64,000 bases of DNA from Gemmatimonadota bacterium (GCA_965116475.1 OZ220691.1:2208001-2272000), one strand, 5' to 3'; counted from the stretch's first letter, positions 48,651-58,381 are shown. Translations and numbers: made by a program. Notes: generated from the sequence alone by a model not told the origin.

Positions 48651-49241
48651 CTAGCTCCGCAACCCGGACTCGCCCGAGTCGGAGACGTCGAACCCGATCC
48701 ACATCCCCGTGACCGCGTGGGCCGGGACGGGGCACACGAGCGCGTATTCGCCGGCCGTGGAAGCCGTGAAGCTGATGCTCTCCGTGCCGCCGCCGGGGGC
48801 CGTGGACTCCGTCATCGACGTCGCGTTCGAGGTGATCGCGCCATCGAATACGGGCGTGGCGTCATCGAAGATCGCGGGATAGCTCGCCGCCAGCTCGAGG
48901 ACGCCGACGCTGTGAGGGTTGACCGGGTCCCGGTTCTCGAAGTTGAGCGTGACGGTGTATCCCGCCGGCACGACCACCGTGGCCTCGCCGTTGGCGTAGC
49001 CGTTGAAGTTCCAGCGGTTGTTCGCATCGGTCGAGCCCGCGACGAGATCGATCGTCACGGTGCGCGCGCCGTCGTCCACCGAGATCCAGTCCGCGGCCAC
49101 GGGCCCCGAAGCCGCCGCGGCCGCCTCCGTGGCCGGCGCAGGGGCGGGGGCCGGGGCCGGCGACGGCTGGTCGCTCTCGCCGCCGCCGCAACCGAAGAGG
49201 ACGAACGCGCCCAGGGCCGGTACTGCCGATCGCTTCATCAT
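48651..49241 (-). CDS. Sulfocyanin-like blue copper lipoprotein
   Basis: Lipobox LFGC; WNFNG, VPAG..V...F.N....HS, Y.LVCPVPAHAVTGMW (C-H-M ligands). Confidence 0.85.
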   Translation of the reverse strand: MMKRSAVPALGAFVLFGCGGGESDQPSPAPAPAPAPATEAAAAASGPVAADWISVDDGARTVTIDLVAGSTDANNRWNFNGYANGEATVVVPAGYTVTLNFENRDPVNPHSVGVLELAASYPAIFDDATPVFDGAITSNATSMTESTAPGGGTESISFTASTAGEYALVCPVPAHAVTGMWIGFDVSDSGESGLRS

Positions 49242-49609
49242 TCTATTTCCACTCCAGAGTTTCATCCGGAAGTTTCATCCGTAATGAGGTTCGCAAGACA
49301 TGCGTCGAAGGTGCTCCCCCGGTCCGCCGCGTTGCTGCCGCGCCGGTGCCGGGCGGAGCGCCCGGAATATACAGGATCTCGATCCCCCGGCTACGGCGGC
49401 GCGCGCCGGAAAGCGGGCCCGAAAGCGCCCGGAAACTGGCGCGAGCCGCGGATGCGCCCCATACTAAGCCATTCAGGCGATATCCGGGGGGATCCCCGTT
49501 CGATGGTCGCCACGACCCTTGCGCCCGGCCAGACTTCCGCAGGCGCGAGATCCGTTCTCCGACCGACAATCCCCGTTTCCCGACGCGGTCGATTCAAAGA
49601 GTTGGTGCA

Positions 49610-51009
49610 TTGACGAACAACACATCACAGCCCCGCGGCGGCTCCTCGCGCGGGGGCGGCCGCCAGCCCGGCGGCAAGGGGCAGCCCAGGGGCGGGTCCC
49701 AGGGGTCCAAGGGTTCTCAGGGGTCCAAGGGGTCCAAGGGGTCGGCGGACGCGGCGGAAAGGGCCGGAACCGGCGCCGCCGTTCGCGCGGACGCCGCAAA
49801 CGGAAGGGACAGGGTCCGCCGCCGCAGCGCTCCGGCCAGCAGGGTGCGGCCGCCGAAGTGCCCGAAGGTCCGAAGGACGGCTACCTCGGACTCATCGAGC
49901 GGCTCGGCAACGGCACGGGGTTCATCCGCCGCCGGCACGCCGGGTACACGCCGAGCGACGACGACATCTACGTGAGCCCGAAGATCGTCTCCCGCTACGA
50001 TCTGCGGACGGGAGACGAGATCTGCGGCCAGGCCGGCCGCCCTCCCCGCCCGGGCAAGAGCCCCCCGCTCCGGTATCTCCACACCGTCAACGGCCACCCG
50101 CCGGAGCAACTCGGACGGCGCCGGCAGTTCGACCGCCTGAGCGCGATGCACCCCGACCGGCGCCTGCGGCTGGAGTGCGGGCTCGAGCGCCGCGGGCAGC
50201 CCGACTACACGAACCGGATCATCGATCTCATCTGCCCCATGGGGATGGGTCAGCGGTCGCTCATCGTCGCGCCCGCCAAGGCCGGAAAGACGATGGTCCT
50301 GCAGGCGATCGCCGAGGGCATCTCGAAGAACCACCCCGATTCCAGGATCCTCATCCTCCTCGTCGACGAGCGTCCGGAGGAAGTGACGGAGATGGAGGCG
50401 ACCGGACTCGGCGAGGTCACCGCGTCGAGCTTCGACCACCGGGCCGAACGGCATGTGCAGGTCGCCGAGATCACGCTCGAGCGCGCGCGGCGTCTCGCGG
50501 AGATGGGGCAGGACGTCGTCCTCATCCTCGATTCCATCACGCGGCTGGCGCGGGCGTACAACACGACGGAGGAGGGGAGCGGGCGCACGCTCACGGGCGG
50601 CATCGACGCGAACTCCCTCGAGAAGCCGAAGCGCTTCTTCGGCAGCGCGCGCTGCGTCCCGGAAAGCAAGGGCGGCGGATCGCTCACGATCGTCGCCACG
50701 GCCCTCGTCGACACCGGCTCCCGCATGGACCAGGTGATCTTCGAGGAGTTCAAGGGGACGGGGAACAGCGAACTCGTCCTCGACCGGGATATTTCCGACC
50801 GCCGGATCTTCCCGGCGATCGATCTCAACTCCAGCGCCACGCGGCGCGAGGAACGCCTGATGAGCGACGACGAACTCCTCGTCGCGCAGGCGATGCGGCG
50901 CGAACTCAGCACCTATCCGGCCGTCGAGGCCATGCAGGAAGTACTCGGCCTCATGCGGCAGACCGACTCGAACGAGGAACTCGTCTCGAAGCTGCGCCAG
51001 CGGATCTAG
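49610..51009 (+). CDS. rho: Transcription termination factor Rho (N-terminal extension appears frameshifted near 49743)
   Basis: GFIR, DIYVS, RIIDL.CPMGMGQR, APAKAGKT, LVDERPEEVT, LDSITRLARAYN, FEEFKGTGN. Start TTG 49610 is in a different frame from the body (see findings). Confidence 0.93.
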
Positions 51010-51012
51010 CAG

Positions 51013-51831
51013 CTAGCGGCCCGCGTCCGACTCCGCCTTCGCCTCCCCGCGCTCACGGGTGCGCTTCTCCTCTCGGCGGGCGAAGTTCAGCACCTCGTAC
51101 GCCACCGCGAGGATGAGGCCGAGTTCGCGCCGGTCGAGGTCCGCGCGCTGAAAGATGTTCCGGAAGCTCCGCATCTTCGGCGCCGGATCGATGCCGTGGA
51201 AGAGGCCGACCTCCTCCATCGCCCGCTCCCAGATGTCGAAGAACTCCTCCAGTTCGCCGTGCAGGGCCGGCGGGGTCCGGCGCCGCCGCTTGCCCTCCAG
51301 GTCGCGCGCCTCCCAGTCGGCCGGGCCCAGCGCCGCCTTCCGCAGTTCGTACAGGATGATGACGGCCGCGTGGGCGAGGTTCATCGACGTGTGGTCGGGG
51401 TTCGTGGGGATGCACACGAGTCCGTGGCAGAGGTCGAGCGCCTCGTTGGAGAGGCCCCGGTCCTCGCGGCCGAACACGAGGGCGAGCCGCCCCTCGCGCC
51501 CGCCGGCCCGACCGGCCAATGCCGCCGCGGCGCTCTCGGGACTCCACCACTCGTGGCGGGTGGAACGGCGGCGGGCGGTCGCGCCGAGCACGTAGCTCGC
51601 GTCGGCGAGGGCGGCCGGGAGGTCGTCGAAGACGCGGATGCGCTCCACCACATCCTCGGTGTCGTGCGCGATCCCGGTGATGCGCCAGGCATCGAACTCG
51701 GCGGGGTTCACGAGCCGAAGGCGTGACAGGCCCATGTTCTTCATCGCCCGAATCACGAGTGCGATGTTGACGACATCCTGCGGCTCGTGGAGGACGATGC
51801 ATGTCCGGTCGAGTGCGCAGCCCTCTGTCAC
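51013..51831 (-). CDS. trmJ: TrmJ/LasT-family SPOUT RNA methyltransferase
   Basis: IVLHEPQ..NI...IRAMKNMG, GATARR, VFGREDRGLSNE, SMNLAHAA. Confidence 0.88.
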   Translation of the reverse strand: MTEGCALDRTCIVLHEPQDVVNIALVIRAMKNMGLSRLRLVNPAEFDAWRITGIAHDTEDVVERIRVFDDLPAALADASYVLGATARRRSTRHEWWSPESAAAALAGRAGGREGRLALVFGREDRGLSNEALDLCHGLVCIPTNPDHTSMNLAHAAVIILYELRKAALGPADWEARDLEGKRRRRTPPALHGELEEFFDIWERAMEEVGLFHGIDPAPKMRSFRNIFQRADLDRRELGLILAVAYEVLNFARREEKRTRERGEAKAESDAGR

Positions 51832-52067
51832 GCCCGGGTCAGGCCCTCCGCGCGCGAGCCCTTCCACTTGCGGCCGCGGCGCGGGCGGAGCGCGGGATAG
51901 CCCGTCTCGCCGCAGCCGGGGCACGTCTCGGTGTAGGCCCCGATCGCGTCGCCGCACACCGCGCAGTGCACGCCTGTCTCATCGGGCGCGAACGACAGCG
52001 GCTCGCCACACTTCTGACACGTCTGATCGGACCGCCCCACGGGCTCATCGCACGCCGGGCAGTCCAT
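51828..52067 (-). CDS. Double zinc-ribbon small protein
   Basis: Four CxxC motifs (CPAC, CQKC, CAVC, CPGC); GTGA overlap with trmJ. Confidence 0.75.
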   Translation of the reverse strand: MDCPACDEPVGRSDQTCQKCGEPLSFAPDETGVHCAVCGDAIGAYTETCPGCGETGYPALRPRRGRKWKGSRAEGLTRA

Positions 52068-52167
52068 CCGGGTGTCGTTGCGCTGGTCGCCGATCGGATC
52101 CTCCTCGTCGCGCGTCCTGTCCGGAGCACCGCGAGCCGGGTGACGGTAGTTTCAGCGGGACACGGCC

Positions 52168-52920
52168 ATGCCGCGGGACACAAAGCTACGGTGGAGAGCG
52201 GTTTTGGGGCAGGACCAGATCCAAAGGGTCGGCGACGCGGCCGGCGACGCGCCCGGAAACGCTGCCGGCCACGCGGCCGGAGCGGAGGGGCGGACGCACC
52301 TCGGGCCTGCGGTCTGGATCTGCGGCGGGCTGATGATCGCGATCGGCATCGCGACGTCGATCCTCCTCCTGCGCGATTTCCGGTCAGACAGCTACCTGTA
52401 CCTCGCCTTCTACTCCATCCCCGCCAACACGGCGATCTCCGTCTTCCCGCACGAGCCCGTCCTCATCTACTTCGGGAAGGTCGCGGACCTGTGGCTCGCC
52501 GCGGCGTGGGCCACGCTCGGTACGGCCATCGCGGGGGTCATGGACCACCTCGTCTTCGTCCCCCTCCTCAACCTGCAGAACATCCGGGCATACAAGCGCA
52601 AGAGGTTCTACCGGAAGGCGATCTCCTGGTTCATGAGGTGGCCCTTCGCCACCATCGTGGTGACCGGCTTCCTGCCCATCCCCTTCTTCCCCTTCAAGTT
52701 CCTCGCGTTCTCGATCCAGTATCCCATGTGGAAGTGGGTCGCGGCGCTGGTGGTCGCCCGTTTTCCCCGTTATTACCTTCTCGCTCTCCTCGGAGCCACG
52801 ATTCCGATCCCGAACTGGGTGCTGATCGCATGCGTGGCCGTGGTCTTCGCGATGTACCTCGTGAAGGCCATCCCCGAGGGGGTCAAGCGATGGAAGGCAA
52901 GACGCCTCCAGCAGGGTTGA
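52168..52920 (+). CDS. DedA/VTT (YqaA-like) membrane protein
   Basis: SVFPHEP, ATLGT.IAG..D, GFLPIPF.PFK, ARFPRYY. Start uncertain. Confidence 0.7.
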   Translation: MPRDTKLRWRAVLGQDQIQRVGDAAGDAPGNAAGHAAGAEGRTHLGPAVWICGGLMIAIGIATSILLLRDFRSDSYLYLAFYSIPANTAISVFPHEPVLIYFGKVADLWLAAAWATLGTAIAGVMDHLVFVPLLNLQNIRAYKRKRFYRKAISWFMRWPFATIVVTGFLPIPFFPFKFLAFSIQYPMWKWVAALVVARFPRYYLLALLGATIPIPNWVLIACVAVVFAMYLVKAIPEGVKRWKARRLQQG

Positions 52921-52924
52921 ACGG

Positions 52925-53929
52925 ATGCCGAACATCTCCGGAGCCATGGCCGCACGCATGCTCGCGCGGGGCATCCGGAACCGGATTCAGAACAAGCCGC
53001 TCTCCGTCTCGTTCGAGATCACGCACGCCTGTACGGCGAACTGCTGGCACTGCAACTGGGGCGGGCCGATCAAGGAGGAGCGCCTCGGGGCCGCGGAGTA
53101 CGCGGCGATCTGCCGGGAGCTGCGGCCCGTCGTGTCCCACGCTTCCGGCGGGGAACCGCTCGCGCGCGGAGACGTGTACGACATCGTCGACGCGATGACG
53201 AACAAGGGCGGGCTGCCCTGGATGATCGTGGTCACGAACGCGTCGAACCTCACCCCGGAGCGCTTCTTCCGTCTCAAGGACAGCGGGATGCACCAGCTGT
53301 CCACCTCGCTCGACTTTCCCGATGAACGGCACGACGAGTTCCGCCGCATCCCCGGCCTGTTCGACCGCATGGCGCGCGTGGTGCCCGAGATCCGCCGCCA
53401 GAGCGCGGACACGGACGACATCCTGCTCAACGTGTGCATCACCGCCTGGAACTACCGGGACATCGGAGACATGGTGCGCGTGGCGAAGGACTGGGGCGTG
53501 CCGATCAACTTCTCCGTCTACACGCACCTGCGGGTGCAGGACCGCGACGGGCTCGTCGAGGGGAACGGGCTGGACGGCCTGGCGGAGAGTCTGCAGGAGG
53601 TCATCGACCTTCGGAACGCCGGATATCCGGTCTACACGACGCCGCGCGTGCTGTGGAAATTCCACCGGTTTCTGACGGAAGGGGGGATCCCCGGGTGCCA
53701 GGCGGGACGCCGCTTCCTCGTCATCAACCCGGACGGAAGGCTCACGCCGTGCGCGATGGTGATGGCGTACTTCGACCGGCAGGAGGACATGCTGGAGAAG
53801 TTCACGAAGCAGAACGCGTGCGAGCAGTGCTACATCTCGACGCGCGCGAACACCGAGAAGAGCGTCAGGGAGTTCGTGCAGGACAACACGGACGCCTTCC
53901 TCAAGCTGCTCACGCCCTGGCGCACCTGA
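52925..53929 (+). CDS. Radical SAM protein with SPASM/Twitch-like domain
   Basis: CTANCWHC, SGGEP, VVTN, SLDF...HD..R, C.AG....INPDG...PC, CEQC. Confidence 0.9.
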   Translation: MPNISGAMAARMLARGIRNRIQNKPLSVSFEITHACTANCWHCNWGGPIKEERLGAAEYAAICRELRPVVSHASGGEPLARGDVYDIVDAMTNKGGLPWMIVVTNASNLTPERFFRLKDSGMHQLSTSLDFPDERHDEFRRIPGLFDRMARVVPEIRRQSADTDDILLNVCITAWNYRDIGDMVRVAKDWGVPINFSVYTHLRVQDRDGLVEGNGLDGLAESLQEVIDLRNAGYPVYTTPRVLWKFHRFLTEGGIPGCQAGRRFLVINPDGRLTPCAMVMAYFDRQEDMLEKFTKQNACEQCYISTRANTEKSVREFVQDNTDAFLKLLTPWRT

Positions 53930-54002
53930 CTCGCCGGAAGATCCGCCGAGGGGCCCCGAACCGACCGTCCGCACCGACTCCCCGCACCGGAAGCCCGCAG
54001 CT

Positions 54003-54032
54003 TTGACATGGGACGGGGCTTCCGCGTAACAT
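54003..54032 (+). promoter_or_regulatory. Sigma70-type promoter of the tRNA pair
   Basis: TTGACA (54003-08), N18, TAACAT (54027-32), 12 nt before tRNA-Val. Confidence 0.7.
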
Positions 54033-54044
54033 CGCGAGCAGTCC

Positions 54045-54118
54045 GGGGCGGTAGCTCAGCTGGCCAGAGCGCTGCGTTCACATCGCAGAAGTCGGGGGTT
54101 CAAGTCCCTCCCGCCCCA
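54045..54118 (+). tRNA. tRNA-Val(CAC)
   Basis: Acceptor GGGGCGG/CCGCCCC, anticodon arm CTGCG-TTCACAT-CGCAG, GTTCAAG T-loop; CCA not encoded. Confidence 0.96.
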
Positions 54119-54150
54119 TTGCAGCGCACGATTGCAGCACACGGCAGCGC

Positions 54151-54223
<73 letters not shown>

Positions 54224-54263
54224 TTCTTATTGACCGGCGTGAGCTCCCTGCCAGGCGTCCCTG

Positions 54264-55058
54264 TCAGGCGCCGTCCCCCTCGGCCCGGGCCACGGAGAAG
54301 GTTCCCGTGATCATTGCCGGCATTCCCTCCGGACCACCCTCGAAGGTGCCGCCGACCTCGCCCTCCGCCATCGTCCCCTCGAAGACGAGCTGTCCCGCTC
54401 CCCCCTGATCGTCGATGCTCACGGTGAAGCCGAAGGCGTCTCCGTCGACCGAGATGTCTGACATTTCATAGGTGCGGCCCTCTCCCTGCCCCTGCGCCTC
54501 GCCGGTCCAACTTCCCGTGTAGGTGCCATCTTTCGCCGTCTCGATCGTCCACGTCATGGAGATCGTGGGACCCGGCATGTTCGTGGACTCCGCCGTGCCC
54601 TCCCACGTCCCGACGAGCCAGGACTCCTGCGCCTGCACGCCGGAGAACGTTCCCGTGACCGCGGCCGGCACTCCTTCCGGACGAAGCTCGAAAGTACCGC
54701 TGACCTCACCCTCCGCCATCGTCCCCTCGAAGACGAATGCCCCCGTCTGCCGCCGCTCCCCGAGACGCACGGTAAAGCCGAAGGTGTCTCCGTCGACGGA
54801 GATGCCGGACATTTCACGGGTATAGCTCTGGCGCTCCCCCTCGCCCGTCCAGCTTCCCCTAAGGGTTCCATCCTCCTCCGCTTCGACCGTCCAGATCATC
54901 GAGATGGTGAGGTCCTGCATGCCGGGGGTCTCCGCGGTGGCCTCCCACGTCCCGACGAGCCAGGACTCCTGCGCCTGCACGCCGCCGTAGGGGACGGCCA
55001 TCGCCGCGACCGCCACGAACCCCGCCCATCCGACCCGGAACCGTCCGATCCTCGTCAT
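54264..55058 (-). CDS. Secreted hypothetical protein made of two ~114-aa beta-rich repeats
   Basis: Signal peptide; GVQAQESWLVGTWE and FEGTMAEGEV.GTFE each occur twice. Confidence 0.8.
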   Translation of the reverse strand: MTRIGRFRVGWAGFVAVAAMAVPYGGVQAQESWLVGTWEATAETPGMQDLTISMIWTVEAEEDGTLRGSWTGEGERQSYTREMSGISVDGDTFGFTVRLGERRQTGAFVFEGTMAEGEVSGTFELRPEGVPAAVTGTFSGVQAQESWLVGTWEGTAESTNMPGPTISMTWTIETAKDGTYTGSWTGEAQGQGEGRTYEMSDISVDGDAFGFTVSIDDQGGAGQLVFEGTMAEGEVGGTFEGGPEGMPAMITGTFSVARAEGDGA

Positions 55059-55259
55059 CGCTTCTCTCCCTTCGCGCCGCCCGCCCGCAACGCCGCCGCC
55101 GATCTGAGCCCATTCTTCAGTTTCTTCAATTCGAAGCTCGAAGGTGCCGGTCACCGCAGCCCCGGACAACCTGTCCCCGAGTTGTAGTTTCTACGGAAGA
55201 GGCGCGCCCCAGGCGTCCCGTGCAGGAGGCAGGCACGCGTCGAGGTCAGGAGGCAGGCA

Positions 55260-56534
55260 ATGCGAGATTCGATGAGAGATTCAGGGTTCGCGGTACTCGC
55301 GGTGGCGTTCGTCGCGTGCGGAACCGGCGCGGAGGTCGCCCGGGGTCCGGAAGTGGTGACCGATACGATCGGCGACACGGTCGTCGTTCGCACCCTGTCG
55401 GGGAGCGTGTGGGGCACGGACGCGACGCTCGTTCCGAAGCTGTCGATCGGCGAGGTAGAGGGCCCCGACGAATATCTCTTCGGCCGCATCGGGTCCATCG
55501 CGGTTGATGACGACGGCAACATCTACGTGTTCGACCAGCAGGCCCGGGAAGTCCGCGTATTCGACGCCGCGGGCGGCCACCTGAGGACCCTGGGGGGACC
55601 CGGACAGGGTCCCGGCGAGTTGCAGCAACCCGAGGCCATGGCCCTGCTTTCCGACGGGCGGGTCGTCGTGCGCGATCCGGGCAACGCGCGCCTGCAGGTC
55701 TACGGCCCCGACGAGGAGTCGCTGGAGGAATGGTCCTACGTCGTGGCCCTTCACTCGAACCGTCCGCTGTGGACGGACGATCGGGGGAGGACGTACGTGG
55801 CGGCCCGCGACCTCTCCGATCCGACCGGTTTCGGCCGCGACCTGCTGGCCCTCTTCGGCCCGGATGGCACGCCCCGCGACACGGTCGCACCGCCCCACGG
55901 CGACTTCGAGACCGAGACCGTCACGGGAGTGAGTGAGGGCGGCGCCATGGTGACCTATGCGGTCCCGTTCGCGCCGCGGGCGATCTGGGTGGTCCACCCC
56001 AGTGGACACTTCGCCAGCGGAATTTCGTCAGACTATGCGATCGACCTGGAGCTTCCGGATGGAGTCCTCCGAATCGAGCGGAATCATGAGCCCGCTCGCG
56101 TCTTCCCCCGCGAGGCGGATCAGGCCCGCGCCCGGACCGAGCGCGGCATCGGGAGGACCGTCCCCGGCTGGACGTGGAACGGCCCCTCCATCCCCGACAC
56201 GAAGCCGCCCTTCACCGGGTTCTACCCCGGGCGGGACGGCCGGATATGGGTGAGTGTCTCGACCGAGGCGCGGGAGGTCGAGAACGAGGACCACGACCCG
56301 GACAGCCCGTTCTCGACGCCCTCCGTGTGGCGGTCTCCGCTCCGGTTCGACGTGTTCGAAGGCGACGGGACGTACTTGGGAGCCGTGCATCCGCCCGAGG
56401 ACTTCTCCCCCAACCCCCTCCCGGTGTTCGACGGCGACGACGTGTGGGCCGTCAGCCACGACGACCTCGGCATCCAACGCGTCGTCCGCTATCGAATCAC
56501 CCCCGACCCCGGCACCCGAGACACCGACAGGTAG
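55260..56534 (+). CDS. 6-bladed beta-propeller (NHL-like) lipoprotein
   Basis: Lipobox FVAC; SIGEVEGPDEYLFG, GGPGQGPGEL, DGRIWV, FDVF..DG.YLG. Confidence 0.85.
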   Translation: MRDSMRDSGFAVLAVAFVACGTGAEVARGPEVVTDTIGDTVVVRTLSGSVWGTDATLVPKLSIGEVEGPDEYLFGRIGSIAVDDDGNIYVFDQQAREVRVFDAAGGHLRTLGGPGQGPGELQQPEAMALLSDGRVVVRDPGNARLQVYGPDEESLEEWSYVVALHSNRPLWTDDRGRTYVAARDLSDPTGFGRDLLALFGPDGTPRDTVAPPHGDFETETVTGVSEGGAMVTYAVPFAPRAIWVVHPSGHFASGISSDYAIDLELPDGVLRIERNHEPARVFPREADQARARTERGIGRTVPGWTWNGPSIPDTKPPFTGFYPGRDGRIWVSVSTEAREVENEDHDPDSPFSTPSVWRSPLRFDVFEGDGTYLGAVHPPEDFSPNPLPVFDGDDVWAVSHDDLGIQRVVRYRITPDPGTRDTDR

Positions 56535-56610
56535 CCTGCCGATCATCGCCGCGGGGCGCCCCGCCAACTTGATCGGCCCCCGTCCCCGGGCCAGTTTCCG
56601 GCCCACACCC

Positions 56611-56694
56611 GGAGGGGTGGCAGAGCGGCTGAATGCACCGGTCTTGAAAACCGGCGGGCGCAAGCCCACGTGGGTTCGAATCCCACCCCCTCCG
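56611..56694 (+). tRNA. tRNA-Ser(TGA)
   Basis: Acceptor GGAGGGG/CCCCTCC, arm CCGGT-CTTGAAA-ACCGG, long variable arm GGGC-GCAA-GCCC, GTTCGAA; CCA not encoded. Confidence 0.96.
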
Positions 56695-56783
56695 CTTGAG
56701 AGTAGGGCGTACGCCCTCGCGAGTTCGAACCGAGCGAACCAGGATCCACCCGATCTGCTATCGACGCTAGCAAATCGTCACTT

Positions 56784-56959
56784 ATGTCAAGAGATCTCAC
56801 GAGCATCATCCGTTCGCACTTCGGGCCATCGAACGGCGTGGACCTGGAGTTGCCGCCGCGGGAGTCGGGGCGCGAGCCGCCTTCCTTCGAGTGAGGGCGC
56901 GGGCCATGGCCATTGAGGGCATGGGCATCGAGATCGTGGATCCCTGGGCCGCGACTTGA
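56784..56959 (+). pseudogene. Decayed FitA/FitB (StbC/StbB)-like toxin-antitoxin remnant
   Basis: 56784-56894 MSRDLTSIIRSHFGPSNGVDLELPPRESGREPPSFE* resembles a FitA-like antitoxin C-terminus. 56906-56959 MAIEGMGIEIVDPWAAT* resembles a FitB/VapC PIN C-terminus. Confidence 0.65.
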
Positions 56960-57115
56960 GCGCCACGACCGAAGCCCCCCCATGTCAGGTCTTCGGAGCC
57001 GCCGTATTATCTCCCCCCCAAACGCGGGGTGAGGGGCGGAACGAGGTCGATCTCACGATTCCATGACGGGAGCCTTCCGCCCTGAGACGAGACGAGAGGC
57101 GGGAGGAGCATCCGC

Positions 57116-58381
57116 TTGATCCACACCGGTGCAACGAGGCGGGTCGTCATCACGGGCGTCGGGATGGTCACGCCCATCGGTCTCGATGTGGATTCCACGT
57201 GGGATGCGCTCCTCCGGGGCGTGAGCGGCGCGGGCCCGATCACGCAGTTCGACGCCTCTGGCCAGGCCGTCCGCTTCGCCTGTGAGGTGGAGGGCTTCGA
57301 CCCCCTGCAGTACCTGGACAAGAAGGGGGCGCGCCGCGCCGACCGCTTCCTGCAGTTCGCCATTGGCGCGGCGGCGCAGGCCATGGAACAAGCCGGGTTC
57401 GGCGACGGGCTCGCCCACCTGCCGCCGGATCGGACCGGGGTTGTCGTCGGCGTTGCCGTCGGCGGGCTCCCGCTGCTGGAGGCACAGCACAGGAAGCTCC
57501 TGTCCAGGGGACCACGGGCCGTTTCTCCCCTCCTCATTCCGATGTTCATCCCGGACATGACGGTCGGACTGCTGTCCATCGTGTACGGGGCGCGCGGCCC
57601 GAACTACGCGACCGTGTCGGCCTGCGCCTCGAGCGGTCACTCGCTCGGCCTCGCCTTCCGCTCGATTCGGAGAGGCGAGACGGACGTGATGATCGCCGGG
57701 GGCACGGAGTCCGCCATCACGCCGCTCGCGGTCGCCGGCTTCGCGTCGATGGGATCGATGTCGACGCGCAACGACGATCCCGAGAGGGCCTGCCGTCCCT
57801 TCGACGCCGGCCGAGACGGTTTCGTGATCGGGGAGGGCTCGGGGATGCTGATTCTCGAAGAGCTGGAGCACGCGAAGGCGCGTGGCGCGGGCATCCTGGG
57901 GGAGATCGTGGGGTTCGGGCAGAGCGCGGACGCCTATCACATGACGGCTCCCGCTCCGGACGGCGTCGGCGCCCGGTTGGCCATGCGGCAGGCGCTCGAC
58001 GACGCGGGCCTGGCGCCCGAGGACATCGGCTACATCAATGCGAACGGGACGGCGACGCCGGTCGGGGACGCCGCCGAGACGAAGGCGATCAAGGAAGTGC
58101 TGGGCGATCACGCGCGATCCACGGTGGTGGGCGCGACGAAGTCGATGACGGGTCACCCGCTCGGAGCCGCCGGCGCGATCGAGGCCGTGATCTCCACGCT
58201 GGTCTGCAGACACGGAGTGATCCCTCCCACGATCAACTTCGAGCAGGCGGATCCCGAGTGCGATCTCGACTACGCGCACGCCGGCCGCGTCGAGCGCCCG
58301 GTCCCGGTCGCCCTGTCGAACTCGTTCGCCTTCGGCGGACACAACGCCTGCCTGGCCATCCGCCGCTGGGATGACAACTGA
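57116..58381 (+). CDS. fabF: Beta-ketoacyl-ACP synthase II paralog (atypical active site)
   Basis: RRVVITGVG, GPNYATVSACASS, RPFDAGRDGFV.GEG, DAYHMTAP, KSMTGH, SNSFAFGGHN; NANGT replaces NAHGT. Confidence 0.9.
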   Translation: MIHTGATRRVVITGVGMVTPIGLDVDSTWDALLRGVSGAGPITQFDASGQAVRFACEVEGFDPLQYLDKKGARRADRFLQFAIGAAAQAMEQAGFGDGLAHLPPDRTGVVVGVAVGGLPLLEAQHRKLLSRGPRAVSPLLIPMFIPDMTVGLLSIVYGARGPNYATVSACASSGHSLGLAFRSIRRGETDVMIAGGTESAITPLAVAGFASMGSMSTRNDDPERACRPFDAGRDGFVIGEGSGMLILEELEHAKARGAGILGEIVGFGQSADAYHMTAPAPDGVGARLAMRQALDDAGLAPEDIGYINANGTATPVGDAAETKAIKEVLGDHARSTVVGATKSMTGHPLGAAGAIEAVISTLVCRHGVIPPTINFEQADPECDLDYAHAGRVERPVPVALSNSFAFGGHNACLAIRRWDDN

